From: an uncultured Desulfobacteraceae bacterium
GTDB lineage: Bacteria; Desulfobacterota; DSM-4660; Desulfatiglandales; Desulfatiglandaceae
Assembly: GCA_964423495.1 (NCBI GenBank)
Contig: CAYRFN010000001.1
Coordinates: forward strand, 17,902-81,901
Reading direction: 5' to 3'
Length of the DNA: 64,000 nt
The translations under genes were made by a program, and so were the position numbers. This document shows positions 1-9,026 of the stretch, piece by piece. Each line of letters opens with the position of its first letter. Position 1 is the stretch's first letter. The notes below the pieces were generated by a model. The model worked only from the letters and a program-made list of their open reading frames with translations, had not been told where the DNA came from and searched no databases.

Positions 1-591
1 GCATTGTTGAAAATCAGATCTCGTGTTCAACGTGTTGCCTTGATTGGATATCCGATTGAAGGGAGGACTTTACGAGATACTAAGGCAGAATGTAAAAAGT
101 ACGGTTTATTGGATCATGTTGATTTTTTTGATAAAATATCTCATAAGGATGTTCTGGAAATCATAAAAAAATCAAAGGTCGGCATTCTTTTAAGCAAGGA
201 AGAAGGGGCGAATCGCGGTATTTATGAATGTTTTTTTTCAAATGTACCTGTAATATTGACAAAACGGAACAGGGGAGTAAACCGAGATCATATAAATCGT
301 TTTACCGGAGTGCTGGCAGATGATTTGGAACTACCGGGTGTTATTATAGAGATGGTAAACAATTTCAAGAATTATAACCCGAGAAAATGGGCGTTTGAGA
401 ATACGGGATATATTAATTCGAGCAATAAGCTTAATCAGTTTTTGAAAGAGCTGGCATTAGAAAAAGGGGAAGAATGGACGCAAGACATATTTTTTAAACA
501 TAATTCTCCACATGCAAGATACGCTAAGTATGAGGAACAAGAAAAGGCAGATGTTGCCTTGAACCACTTAAAGCAGTTTCTGAGAAATTAA
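1..591 (+). CDS. C-terminal part of a GT-B fold (GT4-like) glycosyltransferase; 5' end lies outside the window
   Basis: The ORF is open from the window edge to TAA 589-591. KVGILLSKEEGANRGIYECFFSNVPVI resembles the C-terminal Rossmann half of GT-B enzymes (motif memory only). Confidence 0.5.
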   Translation, partial: ALLKIRSRVQRVALIGYPIEGRTLRDTKAECKKYGLLDHVDFFDKISHKDVLEIIKKSKVGILLSKEEGANRGIYECFFSNVPVILTKRNRGVNRDHINRFTGVLADDLELPGVIIEMVNNFKNYNPRKWAFENTGYINSSNKLNQFLKELALEKGEEWTQDIFFKHNSPHARYAKYEEQEKADVALNHLKQFLRN

Positions 592-824
592 ATAGGGAGT
601 TTTACATAGCATTGAACCAACAAACATAAGGTAACCCTGAACCACGCCTGCCATCCGGAGGGAAGGGATGAATTCTGTGAAACCTGTGAACACCTGCGCG
701 ATGTGTTTGAGATAAATTCTCTCCGAGGTGCCTTCCGGCCCATAGGCCTACAGGCCGGTGGGTTGGTTCGGGCCAATATTTTGTTGATGACAAAGAGGAT
801 AATATTGTTTGATTATCAGGAGAG

Positions 825-3143
825 ATGGAAATGATCATTTGTGTTTCCATTTTCTTTTTTCTTGCCATCTATGTTGCCATTCTCTTTATGGTTATCAGTA
901 TACGGCCTATGCCGCTCAGCGGGGCGCTTGCTCCGGCCTTTGCTTGTTTGATTTCCTTTGAGACAATGGTATTGAATGGTCTGAGTCTGTTTCATTTAGT
1001 GAACAGAACAGGGATGGTTATTTCTCATTTAGTGTTTCTGGGGTTCTTGCTGAGCTGGGGCGTTGCATTTAGAAAGAATGTATTGGTCGGCTATGGTATG
1101 CGGTTAATAGCTGCAACAAAAAACGTTGCCTCAAATCCCGTGGTCTGGCTTGTCCTTCCTCTTCTTGGGATTCTCATACTTACAGCTTTTGTGTACCCTC
1201 CGAATACGTATGACAGCATGACATATCATATGGCCAGGGTGGCCCATTGGATCCAACAGGAGAGCATAGATTATTATCCGACTCGTATCATTCGACAGAA
1301 TGTAATGGGGCCTGGAGCAGAATACCTGATTTTATTTTTCCAGGTCCTTACCGGCACTGATTACCTGGCAAACGGTGTACAGCTTCTATCCTTTGGTGTA
1401 ATGATTATTGCGCTCTGTTATGTTCTGCGCGTATTCAGGGTTCCGCAGAGACTATCGCCATTTATTGTAGCCATCTGTATAAGTGCTCCAATGGCTGTGA
1501 TGCAGGCCACGAGCACTCAGAATGACCTGGTTAATTCTTTGATCACAATAGCAATTCTTATAGCCTGTATACGGCTAATGGCTGGACAAATTAACCGGCT
1601 GCGGACGGGAGATTTCCTCCTTATTGGAACTTGTCTCTCTGCTGGCTTTCTTGTTAAGCCGATATCGCTGATTGTCGTTGCTCCTTTTCTTGGTCTCAGC
1701 CTGTTGCTGCAGTTGAAGCCATTAACAGGTTCACGTAAGTTAATATGGAAGAATATCGGCGGATTCGCGATCGTCTGCCTTGCTATCGCCATTATTGCCG
1801 GGCCTGATATTATGAGGAAGATTTCCCATAATGTTTCACGGCATGAGGTTTATCCTCTTTTTTCACAATGGGATAAGGAGAGAATACTGAATCCCGTCAG
1901 CCTATTAGGTCAGAATACACCGTTTCCAAATGAGACAAAGGATTTGTTTGAATGGCTTGGCTATAAAGGAAAGCTGATGACCAAGGCTGTATTTTTTACC
2001 CATGAAGATTTTATAGGTAACCCTGCCCAGGTTTTATGTATACTGATACTAACATTGCTGACAATATCTTTCTCTCCTTTTGTTATCAAACGACCAAAAC
2101 AATATGGTTTTCTGCTGATATTATCACTTGCACCAGCACTATCCTGGTGCGTATTCGGATTTATCGTTAAAAACCAACCTTGGATTACCAGGCTGCAGCT
2201 ACCACTCATTTTCCTGCTGCCGTTTTCCTTTCTCTTTTTGGTCCGCATAGCCGGATTATCCCGTCTTTCTATGAGACTTTTAAAACTGTTTGTTATTGCC
2301 ATGAGTATTTTTTCTTTGGCATATGGGACTTATGCCGCTGCTTATAACAAATCCAGACCGTTACGGCTTCAATTTTTCTGGGGCGAATTTCCATCACGAT
2401 TTGAAGGTTATTATAAAAGTGAGGATTATGACTTTTTTCTTGAAGTTGCCGATAAATTACAGTGCAGGAGAATAGGTCTTTTGACGGGTGGGGATACAAT
2501 GGATTATCCTTTGACTTGGCGAGCCATGAAGGAAGGAAGGGCTACACGGCATGTTTTTCCTGGAGGCGTTGATGGCTGGCCCTGCATGATTTATGTCGCT
2601 AAAGGGGTGATTGAGCATCTGCCGAACAGAGGAAAACAGTGGCTGCCGGCAGGAGGTTATCATACCTATTATCGAAACCTCGAGTATGAATTTCAACGTT
2701 CATCTCAGAGCTTATTATTGCTGGATACTCCTGATCGCCTGTTGCGTATTCAGCCGGTTCATGATGTTAGAATAGAAAAACAATCTAATCAGGCTGTGTT
2801 GCACTCTTCTGGAGAAGATCCCATTGTTTTGCTACCTGAATTCACCTGCCGGAATGCCAAGTCAATGGTATTACGATTGGAAATAAAAAGCCCTGAAAAA
2901 ACGGAGACACAGATCTTTTATCGAACCAAATATCAGTACTGGTTTACAGAAGCATTGAGTTTTAGAAAGGGAATTGAACAGGGTGAAAATATTGTCTATT
3001 TTCAACTGCCTGCGGATGAGATTGTCGGACAGGTTCGTTTGGATCCTGGCAAAGTCCCAGGTGATTATATTATACGTTCTCTTGAGTTCAGATCTATTAC
3101 TAATGATAGAAACCCCGCTGTTACCACGGCCGAAAACAAGTGA
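825..3143 (+). CDS. GT-C-like polytopic membrane glycosyltransferase with a C-terminal soluble 'R-L-D-P' module
   Basis: 772-aa ORF with many hydrophobic helices. The first-loop motif YPPNTYDSMTYHMARVAHW is ArnT/PMT-like. The C-terminal ~80 aa read VLRLEIKS...VRLDPGKVPGDYIIRSLEF. ATG 831, preceded by AGGAG 818-822, is an alternative start. Confidence 0.6.
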   Translation: MEMIICVSIFFFLAIYVAILFMVISIRPMPLSGALAPAFACLISFETMVLNGLSLFHLVNRTGMVISHLVFLGFLLSWGVAFRKNVLVGYGMRLIAATKNVASNPVVWLVLPLLGILILTAFVYPPNTYDSMTYHMARVAHWIQQESIDYYPTRIIRQNVMGPGAEYLILFFQVLTGTDYLANGVQLLSFGVMIIALCYVLRVFRVPQRLSPFIVAICISAPMAVMQATSTQNDLVNSLITIAILIACIRLMAGQINRLRTGDFLLIGTCLSAGFLVKPISLIVVAPFLGLSLLLQLKPLTGSRKLIWKNIGGFAIVCLAIAIIAGPDIMRKISHNVSRHEVYPLFSQWDKERILNPVSLLGQNTPFPNETKDLFEWLGYKGKLMTKAVFFTHEDFIGNPAQVLCILILTLLTISFSPFVIKRPKQYGFLLILSLAPALSWCVFGFIVKNQPWITRLQLPLIFLLPFSFLFLVRIAGLSRLSMRLLKLFVIAMSIFSLAYGTYAAAYNKSRPLRLQFFWGEFPSRFEGYYKSEDYDFFLEVADKLQCRRIGLLTGGDTMDYPLTWRAMKEGRATRHVFPGGVDGWPCMIYVAKGVIEHLPNRGKQWLPAGGYHTYYRNLEYEFQRSSQSLLLLDTPDRLLRIQPVHDVRIEKQSNQAVLHSSGEDPIVLLPEFTCRNAKSMVLRLEIKSPEKTETQIFYRTKYQYWFTEALSFRKGIEQGENIVYFQLPADEIVGQVRLDPGKVPGDYIIRSLEFRSITNDRNPAVTTAENK

Positions 3144-3596
3144 AATCAAGGTTACACGGCAGTATGAGTTGAAGAGTCTTTGTAGCAATACCGACTTATT
3201 ATGCTGAAGCCGAGATCATTACAAAATAGGAGCAATTTTAGAAGAAAAAGATGCTGTAGATCGCCTGCCTGCTGCTGTTGAGGCAATTGGACGGATGTGG
3301 ATCGATATCCGGCAATGGAGTATTGTAAGATGGGGAATGGGTATAGCCTGGCAGGTAGGTACTTCCTGGAATAGGCTGACAGTGCAGGCTTTGCCGCTTT
3401 TCTTTGTTATCGTCATTCCTGAGGTGTGGCATCAGCTATTTTTAGACAGGATAAACGGGAATGGCAGGATAGTCGAAAATAACCTTGAATATTCACCGCT
3501 TCGCGAAACAGATTCAATCAAGGTAAATTGAGGGGCGATTTTCTTGATAAGCAACAAATTAGATATTGACATATTAGTTGTCATTTGTCATGAAAT

Positions 3597-4772
3597 ATGA
3601 CGATGGATACGATAAATAGATTTACAGATAACAGCATTCCTTACATCGATCGGATTTTAGATCTCCCTGCCCTTGTGAAGAAAAAGTCCTATTTCCTTTT
3701 TGGTCCCCGCCAAACGGGCAAAACCTTTCTGATTCGCCATACTCTGAAAGGGGTGCGGGTCTATGATCTGCTCGATACATCGATCTATCTGGCTTTGAGT
3801 CATAACCCAGGACGTATAGCGCAGGAACTCAATCCGCAAGATCGCATAGTTGTCATCGACGAAATTCAACGCCTGCCGGAGCTCCTGAACGAAGTGCACC
3901 GCCTCATTGAAGAACGTGGCGTTTGTTTCCTATTGACCGGTTCCAGTGCGCGTAAGCTCCGTCGCGGCGGCGTTAACCTATTGGGAGGACGCGCGCGAAC
4001 AAAATATCTATACCCTCTCACGTATCGCGAATTGGGCAATCGTTTCGACTTGCTCCGAGCGATAGATCGAGGATTGATCCCGTCCATTTACTTTTCAGAT
4101 AACCCCGGCGCTGACCTGCAGGCCTATGCAGGATCATATCTTCAGCAAGAGATTGTTGCAGAAGGGGTAACCCGTAACATTCCAGGTTTCAGCCGTTTTC
4201 TAAGAGTTGCTGCCCTGTGCAACGCCAAGATCGTGAACTTTACCAAAGTTTCTAATGATGCCCAGGTAGCGCGCACCACCGTTTATGAGTACTTTGAGAT
4301 TCTAAAAGATACCTTAATCCTCCATGAACTTCTTGCATGGCGAAAATCAAAAAAGAGGAAGCCACTTGCATCTTCGAAGTATTACTTTTTCGACGTTGGA
4401 GTGGTCGCAGCCCTGCAAGGGAGGGAAGTACGGCCCGGAACGCCTGAATTTGCCGACGCCTTCGAGACTTATCTGATGCATGAACTGATCAGTTACAGCG
4501 CTTACATGTCCGGAGAGAACTTGAGCTTTTGGCGATCAACTTCCGGATTTGAGGTAGACTTCATCATTGGTGATCACACGGCAGTGGAGGTGAAGGCCAA
4601 AGAAAATTTATCAACCTACGACGTGAAGTCGCTGCGGGCTCTTGCTGAGGAAAAGAAGCTTAAGCGCTATTTGTGTGTAAGCCTTGAGCCGCGTATGCGA
4701 AAATTCGATGGTGTGATCGTTTTTCCGTATAAGGAATTTCTGGAAGCACTGTGGAGCGGAGAGTACTCATAG
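3597..4772 (+). CDS. COG1373-type AAA+ ATPase with a C-terminal DUF4143 / PD-(D/E)xK-like domain
   Basis: Walker A is FGPRQTGKTF and Walker B is IVVIDEIQRLPELL. The C-terminal GFEVDFII...AVEVKAK looks like a nuclease-fold motif. Confidence 0.8.
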   Translation: MTMDTINRFTDNSIPYIDRILDLPALVKKKSYFLFGPRQTGKTFLIRHTLKGVRVYDLLDTSIYLALSHNPGRIAQELNPQDRIVVIDEIQRLPELLNEVHRLIEERGVCFLLTGSSARKLRRGGVNLLGGRARTKYLYPLTYRELGNRFDLLRAIDRGLIPSIYFSDNPGADLQAYAGSYLQQEIVAEGVTRNIPGFSRFLRVAALCNAKIVNFTKVSNDAQVARTTVYEYFEILKDTLILHELLAWRKSKKRKPLASSKYYFFDVGVVAALQGREVRPGTPEFADAFETYLMHELISYSAYMSGENLSFWRSTSGFEVDFIIGDHTAVEVKAKENLSTYDVKSLRALAEEKKLKRYLCVSLEPRMRKFDGVIVFPYKEFLEALWSGEYS

Positions 4773-4851
4773 CTGGGGAATCGGAGTGTAACAGCGGAAA
4801 ATATTAAGGCAAGGTCGGTGTGGAAGCCGATGCATCTGCAGCTGGTGAGAT

Positions 4852-5568
4852 ATGGGGATGAATGAAAAAGGCAGTATGAAGCTCTCGATAGTTATTCCGG
4901 TCTATAACGAGATTGAGACTATTGAAGCGCTGTTGGCTAAGGTGCTGTCGGTTGAGTTGCCTCTTAAAAAGGAGATTATTTTAATTGACGATGCGTCAAC
5001 TGACGGGACACGGCAGTTTATTGAAACTGTATCAAGCAATGATATTCTGACTGTTTTCCATGAGATCAATCAGGGCAAAGGGGCGGCGTTGCGTTCGGGA
5101 TTTAAAAAGGCCACCGGTGATATTGTACTGATCCAGGATGCCGATCTTGAGTATAATCCTAATGAGTATCCAAAATTACTGAAACCGATTTTAGAAGGGA
5201 AGGCCGATGTTGTATATGGTTCACGATTTGTCGGTTCCGAGGCGCATAGAGTACTTTATTTTTGGCACATGCTCGGCAACAAGATCCTGACACTGCTGTC
5301 GAATATGTTTACTAATCTCAATCTTACAGATATGGAAACTTGCTATAAGGTATTCAGGAAACAAGTTCTTGATAATCTTGTATTAAAAGAAAACCGTTTT
5401 GGTTTTGAGCCTGAAATTACAGCAAAAGTTGCAAAAAGCAAATATCGGATATATGAAATCGGGATATCTTACAGCGGTCGCACATATGAAAAAGGGAAAA
5501 AGATCGGCTGGCGGGATGGTATGTGGGCTTTGTGGTGTATCATAAAATACAATACCTGGGCAAGGTAA
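4852..5568 (+). CDS. Family 2 glycosyltransferase, Dpm1/polyprenyl-phosphate-sugar synthase-like
   Basis: [10 protein letters not shown]...[11 protein letters not shown]...IQDADLEY (DxD) ...GSRF. ATG 4876 is an alternative start. Confidence 0.8.
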   Translation: MGMNEKGSMKLSIVIPVYNEIETIEALLAKVLSVELPLKKEIILIDDASTDGTRQFIETVSSNDILTVFHEINQGKGAALRSGFKKATGDIVLIQDADLEYNPNEYPKLLKPILEGKADVVYGSRFVGSEAHRVLYFWHMLGNKILTLLSNMFTNLNLTDMETCYKVFRKQVLDNLVLKENRFGFEPEITAKVAKSKYRIYEIGISYSGRTYEKGKKIGWRDGMWALWCIIKYNTWAR

Positions 5569-5574
5569 TAGATT

Positions 5575-6351
5575 ATGGCAAAAGATAAGAATTTAAAATC
5601 TGAGATCTACCAAACGATGTTACCGATTGCAGTCATTATACCTGCTTATAATGAAGAGGCAGCAATCAGTTCTTTGATGGATGAGATGAATACGCATGTG
5701 CCTTTTTTGGATGTGATTGTGATTAATGATGGCTCAGCCGATAACACCGCAGCCTTAGCACGTATGAAAAGTGCTATTGTGCTTGATTTGCCCTGTAATT
5801 TAGGGGTTGGAGGCGCTGTGCAAGTTGGCCTTAAGTATGCTTATGAACAAGGATACCAACTTGTAGTTAGAATTGACGGCGATGGTCAGCATCCCCCATC
5901 AGAAATACCCAAACTCATTGCTGCGATAAAAAAAGGGGAAGCAGATTTAATTATCGGATCTCGTTTTATTGGTGATCGTTCTTACGCAAGTACTCCTTTG
6001 AGATGGATTGGAATTAAGCTTTTGGCTGTTTTTCTATCAATTATTTGTAGAAGTAGAGTTACAGATCCTGCTTCTGGGTTTTGGATAATCAATCGAAAAC
6101 TCCTTTATTATTTTGCCCACGAATACCCCACCGAGTATCCGGAACCGGAAGCTATTGCTTTGATGAGAAGGCATGGTTATAGCTTTCGCGAAGAGCCGAT
6201 AATGTTTCGACCCCGCACAACCGGTCGATCATCAATCCATATATGGGGAACTTTCTATTATGCGATAAAAGTGGGCTTGGCCTTATTAATGGATCGTATC
6301 CGGCCGATTAATCCTCGATTTGAAAGTACCAATGTGAAGGATATCCTATGA
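5575..6351 (+). CDS. Family 2 glycosyltransferase (subfamily usually followed by a DUF2304 membrane protein)
   Basis: VIIPAYNEE...IVINDGSADNT...RIDGDGQH...GSRF. Its stop overlaps the next start (ATGA at 6348-6351). Confidence 0.8.
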   Translation: MAKDKNLKSEIYQTMLPIAVIIPAYNEEAAISSLMDEMNTHVPFLDVIVINDGSADNTAALARMKSAIVLDLPCNLGVGGAVQVGLKYAYEQGYQLVVRIDGDGQHPPSEIPKLIAAIKKGEADLIIGSRFIGDRSYASTPLRWIGIKLLAVFLSIICRSRVTDPASGFWIINRKLLYYFAHEYPTEYPEPEAIALMRRHGYSFREEPIMFRPRTTGRSSIHIWGTFYYAIKVGLALLMDRIRPINPRFESTNVKDIL

Positions 6352-9026
6352 ATTTGCCCGATTTTGTTGGGTTTATCTTGAATTTTATCTCCCGATGGGC
6401 AGGAGTCACTGCTCCGCGCATTGTTGTAGCTTTCCTTGGCACCTTGATTTGCGTGTTGATTGTCATAGCCATTTGGGATCGACGCATCAGGATATTACAA
6501 GCTTCTATTGGCCTTTTGATCGGCCTGCTGATGATCGCTTTTGCTATTGAACCGCGGGTTCTCCACGCACTTGCTGCCACCGGTTTTCTGATAAGAATAC
6601 GTATTTTAATGAGTATTTTGAGTTTTGTAGTTCTTGTTATTACAGTTGAAGCTGTACGAAGACAACACTTGCAGGAACGCTATGCCTTGCTGTGGATTGC
6701 AACAGGGCTGATTATCCTGTTGACCGCTTTTTTGCCACAAGTGCTTGGTTTTTTTAGTTTGGTCTTGGGAGCTGAATACGTTACATCAGTTGTAGGTATT
6801 GTCTTCACTTTTCTTCTATTAATAGGCTTTCATTTTTCAATCGCCCTCTCCGGTTTTCAAAAAAAACAAACCCGGATTGCACAACGTTGTGCTATTCTGG
6901 AAGAACGTATTGCGGAATTGACCCGGCAACTCAACCCCGCGAAATCCGAAACTAATAAAACCCAATCACAACCGGCTATACTGCCTGAACCAATGACTCC
7001 GGATAGCGACGAACATTTGTCTGCAGGCCACAGTTTGTTACGCCGATTCAAGGGTACCCAGGTTGCTGTTGTTCTGATTATATTATTAGCGTTCATATCT
7101 GTCTTAGTGATTGGTTTGCTCACTCCACAGGCTATGATAGGGGACGAGGTAACTCATTTTTTTATGCTTACCAAGCAGTCCTCTTTTCTTTCCCAGCCGA
7201 ATTTTTATGCAGAGATTCCAACTGAATATGGCGAGACAGAAGTACGGCGCTATCCACATACCTTTCTGTGGCACTATTTAGGCGCTATAGTTTATAGACT
7301 GACAGGGGGGGCATTTTGCGCTGTTCAGATATATCAATCTATTTTTTTGGTTCAGCTCCTTATAGTTGCATATCTCTTTTCCAAATCACGACGTGGAATT
7401 GAGACCCGATCGGCCATTATTTACATTCTGGTGCTTGCTTCTCTGCCGGTGTGTCTGATATTTTCGGTGATATTTTATCAAGATGTTCCAATGACCGCCC
7501 AAGTATTGACGGTATTTTATCTGCTACGCAAGCGACGCTGGCTGGCAGGTAGCCTGTTTATGTGCTTAGCTATAGGATTCAAAGAAACGGCAATGCTCTT
7601 CCTCCCGGCCTTTTTTGTTTTAATGATTATCTGGGAAGTCAAAGCTAACGGGTGGCTTCGATCTGGGTTGGTATTAATCTGTTCCGGTCTGATCGTTTTA
7701 GGATCTATGTGGGGGATAGGACGGGCAATCAAGACATATAGTGGTTCCGGCTTTTATCCTGAAGAGAAACTTGAAGAAGTTGTCAAGTCTGCTAAGAGGG
7801 CATTCTCTTTGAAGGATCGAAATCAAGTTAGGGTGAACACATCCAAGACAAAGAAACTGACACAGCAGGAACAGTCAGATTCGTTTCATGGCTTGAAACC
7901 AGTAAATCCTTATGAGGTAACTCCTTATGAGGTGGAGATTATTGCGAATCATCCCGGCGATCTCAGGCTGCCTGAGAATTATCTGGTTTATGGAGGTTCG
8001 ATTCTTTGGATTATCATTTTGGCTGGTGTAGTGTCGATGGTTTGTTCAAGAATGGGAATGAAGTGTTCATTTGAACCGATAGATTCCGGTTGGTGGCTCT
8101 GGTTCATTGGGCTGTCATACATGATAATGGCTGCCTACTTTCTACGTACTGCCCCCGATGCCCGTTTTTTTCTTCCTGGCTTGCCATTTGTGGTCCTTCC
8201 GGTTGTTGAAAAGGCAGTGCGTCTTCCTCTTCCTAAGCCGAAATTATTCATTGCACTAATTGCTTCCCTGGCCATCCTGCAAAGTGGATATGTCCTGTTC
8301 AAAACCTATAAACTCAGACGCGTGACACCCGAAATAAGAGAAGCCATTCAATACCTAAAGCAGAATCCACCCTTTCCCCGGCTGATATTCATGTATCCTG
8401 AAGGAAATTACCGTTTATTTCCCATAGAGCATGAATGGTATTTAGATTATCTTTTGCGTAAATTCTGGAAATTGGATAATGATGATCGTATTCGAATGCT
8501 ATACAGATTCGGTGTTGGAGCTATAGTTATCAAAAAACATCTGATTGCAGAGGTAGATTCAAAGATTACAAATTTAGGTGTCTATCCGAAACGTTTTGTC
8601 CGTGATCTGGAAAATGATCCCAGATTTGAAAAGGTATTTGAAAATGCGGGAGTAATTATTTATCGTGTACCCGTTACACCCGAAATTAGAGAAACGATTC
8701 AGTATCTTGAGCAAAATCCACCTTCCCCACCGTTGATATTCATGTGTCCTCCAGGAAGTAAATATCCATTGTTACCTGTACCGCATGAATGGTATTTGGA
8801 TGGTCTTTTGGATAGTTTCTGGAAATTGGATAATGATGGACGGATTCAAATGCTACATAAATTTGGTGTTGGAGCCATTGTTATCTTAAAGCATCTGATT
8901 GCAAAAGAAGATTCAAAGATTATCGAATTTGTCTATCCGACCTATTTTGTCCGTGATCTGGAAAATGATCCCAGATTTGAAAAGGTATTTGAAAATACGG
9001 AAGCGATTATTTATCGTGTACCATAG
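6348..9026 (+). CDS. Fusion membrane protein: DUF2304-like N-terminus, GT-C (ArnT/PMT_2-like) core and a tandemly duplicated C-terminal periplasmic domain
   Basis: 892-aa ORF. The N-terminal LQERYALLWIATG...RIAELTRQL resembles DUF2304. The loop motif MIGDEVTHFFM is followed by more than 10 TM helices. The last 234 aa are two copies of a 117-aa unit. Confidence 0.7.
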   Translation: MNLPDFVGFILNFISRWAGVTAPRIVVAFLGTLICVLIVIAIWDRRIRILQASIGLLIGLLMIAFAIEPRVLHALAATGFLIRIRILMSILSFVVLVITVEAVRRQHLQERYALLWIATGLIILLTAFLPQVLGFFSLVLGAEYVTSVVGIVFTFLLLIGFHFSIALSGFQKKQTRIAQRCAILEERIAELTRQLNPAKSETNKTQSQPAILPEPMTPDSDEHLSAGHSLLRRFKGTQVAVVLIILLAFISVLVIGLLTPQAMIGDEVTHFFMLTKQSSFLSQPNFYAEIPTEYGETEVRRYPHTFLWHYLGAIVYRLTGGAFCAVQIYQSIFLVQLLIVAYLFSKSRRGIETRSAIIYILVLASLPVCLIFSVIFYQDVPMTAQVLTVFYLLRKRRWLAGSLFMCLAIGFKETAMLFLPAFFVLMIIWEVKANGWLRSGLVLICSGLIVLGSMWGIGRAIKTYSGSGFYPEEKLEEVVKSAKRAFSLKDRNQVRVNTSKTKKLTQQEQSDSFHGLKPVNPYEVTPYEVEIIANHPGDLRLPENYLVYGGSILWIIILAGVVSMVCSRMGMKCSFEPIDSGWWLWFIGLSYMIMAAYFLRTAPDARFFLPGLPFVVLPVVEKAVRLPLPKPKLFIALIASLAILQSGYVLFKTYKLRRVTPEIREAIQYLKQNPPFPRLIFMYPEGNYRLFPIEHEWYLDYLLRKFWKLDNDDRIRMLYRFGVGAIVIKKHLIAEVDSKITNLGVYPKRFVRDLENDPRFEKVFENAGVIIYRVPVTPEIRETIQYLEQNPPSPPLIFMCPPGSKYPLLPVPHEWYLDGLLDSFWKLDNDGRIQMLHKFGVGAIVILKHLIAKEDSKIIEFVYPTYFVRDLENDPRFEKVFENTEAIIYRVP
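8322..9023 (+). repeat. In-frame tandem duplication, 2 x 351 bp (117 aa each), at the 3' end of the 6348-9026 gene
   Basis: Copy 1 is 8322-8672 (VTPEIREAIQYLKQNPP...VIIYRVP). Copy 2 is 8673-9023 (VTPEIRETIQYLEQNPP...AIIYRVP). 8594-8645 is identical to 8945-8996 (52 bp). Confidence 0.95.

Noticed and set aside
634-670. aaccctgaaccacgcctgccatccggagggaagg looks superficially like the ACCC..GAACCTGA..GGGA part of a TPP riboswitch.
   Set aside because: The CUGAGA motif and the pyrimidine-sensor helix arrangement are absent, and the downstream gene has no link to thiamine.
588-868. Two minus-strand ORFs (62 and 88 aa) covering the GC-rich island.
   Set aside because: Their Arg/Pro/Gly-rich composition is typical of reading GC-rich non-coding sequence. 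The region is better explained as a structured element.
3144-3596. A 450-bp gap with several 64-78-aa ORFs on both strands and somewhat raised GC. It could be a small gene or a gene remnant.
   Set aside because: There is no RBS, no recognisable motif and no long open frame. A TTGACA at 3566-3571 has no usable -10 before ATG 3597, because the spacing puts it on the start codon. The region is left unannotated.
8899-9026. The 1081-aa ORF starts 128 nt inside the upstream GT-C gene in the +1 frame, and homology to its paralog begins exactly after the upstream stop. This suggested a programmed frameshift producing a GT-C / multi-GT2 fusion.
   Set aside because: An in-frame GTG at 9016-9018 gives a simple 11-nt overlap, and ATG 8965 is also available. 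The open frame upstream is just the alternative frame of the duplicated 351-bp unit. There is no slippery heptamer or stimulatory structure to support frameshifting.
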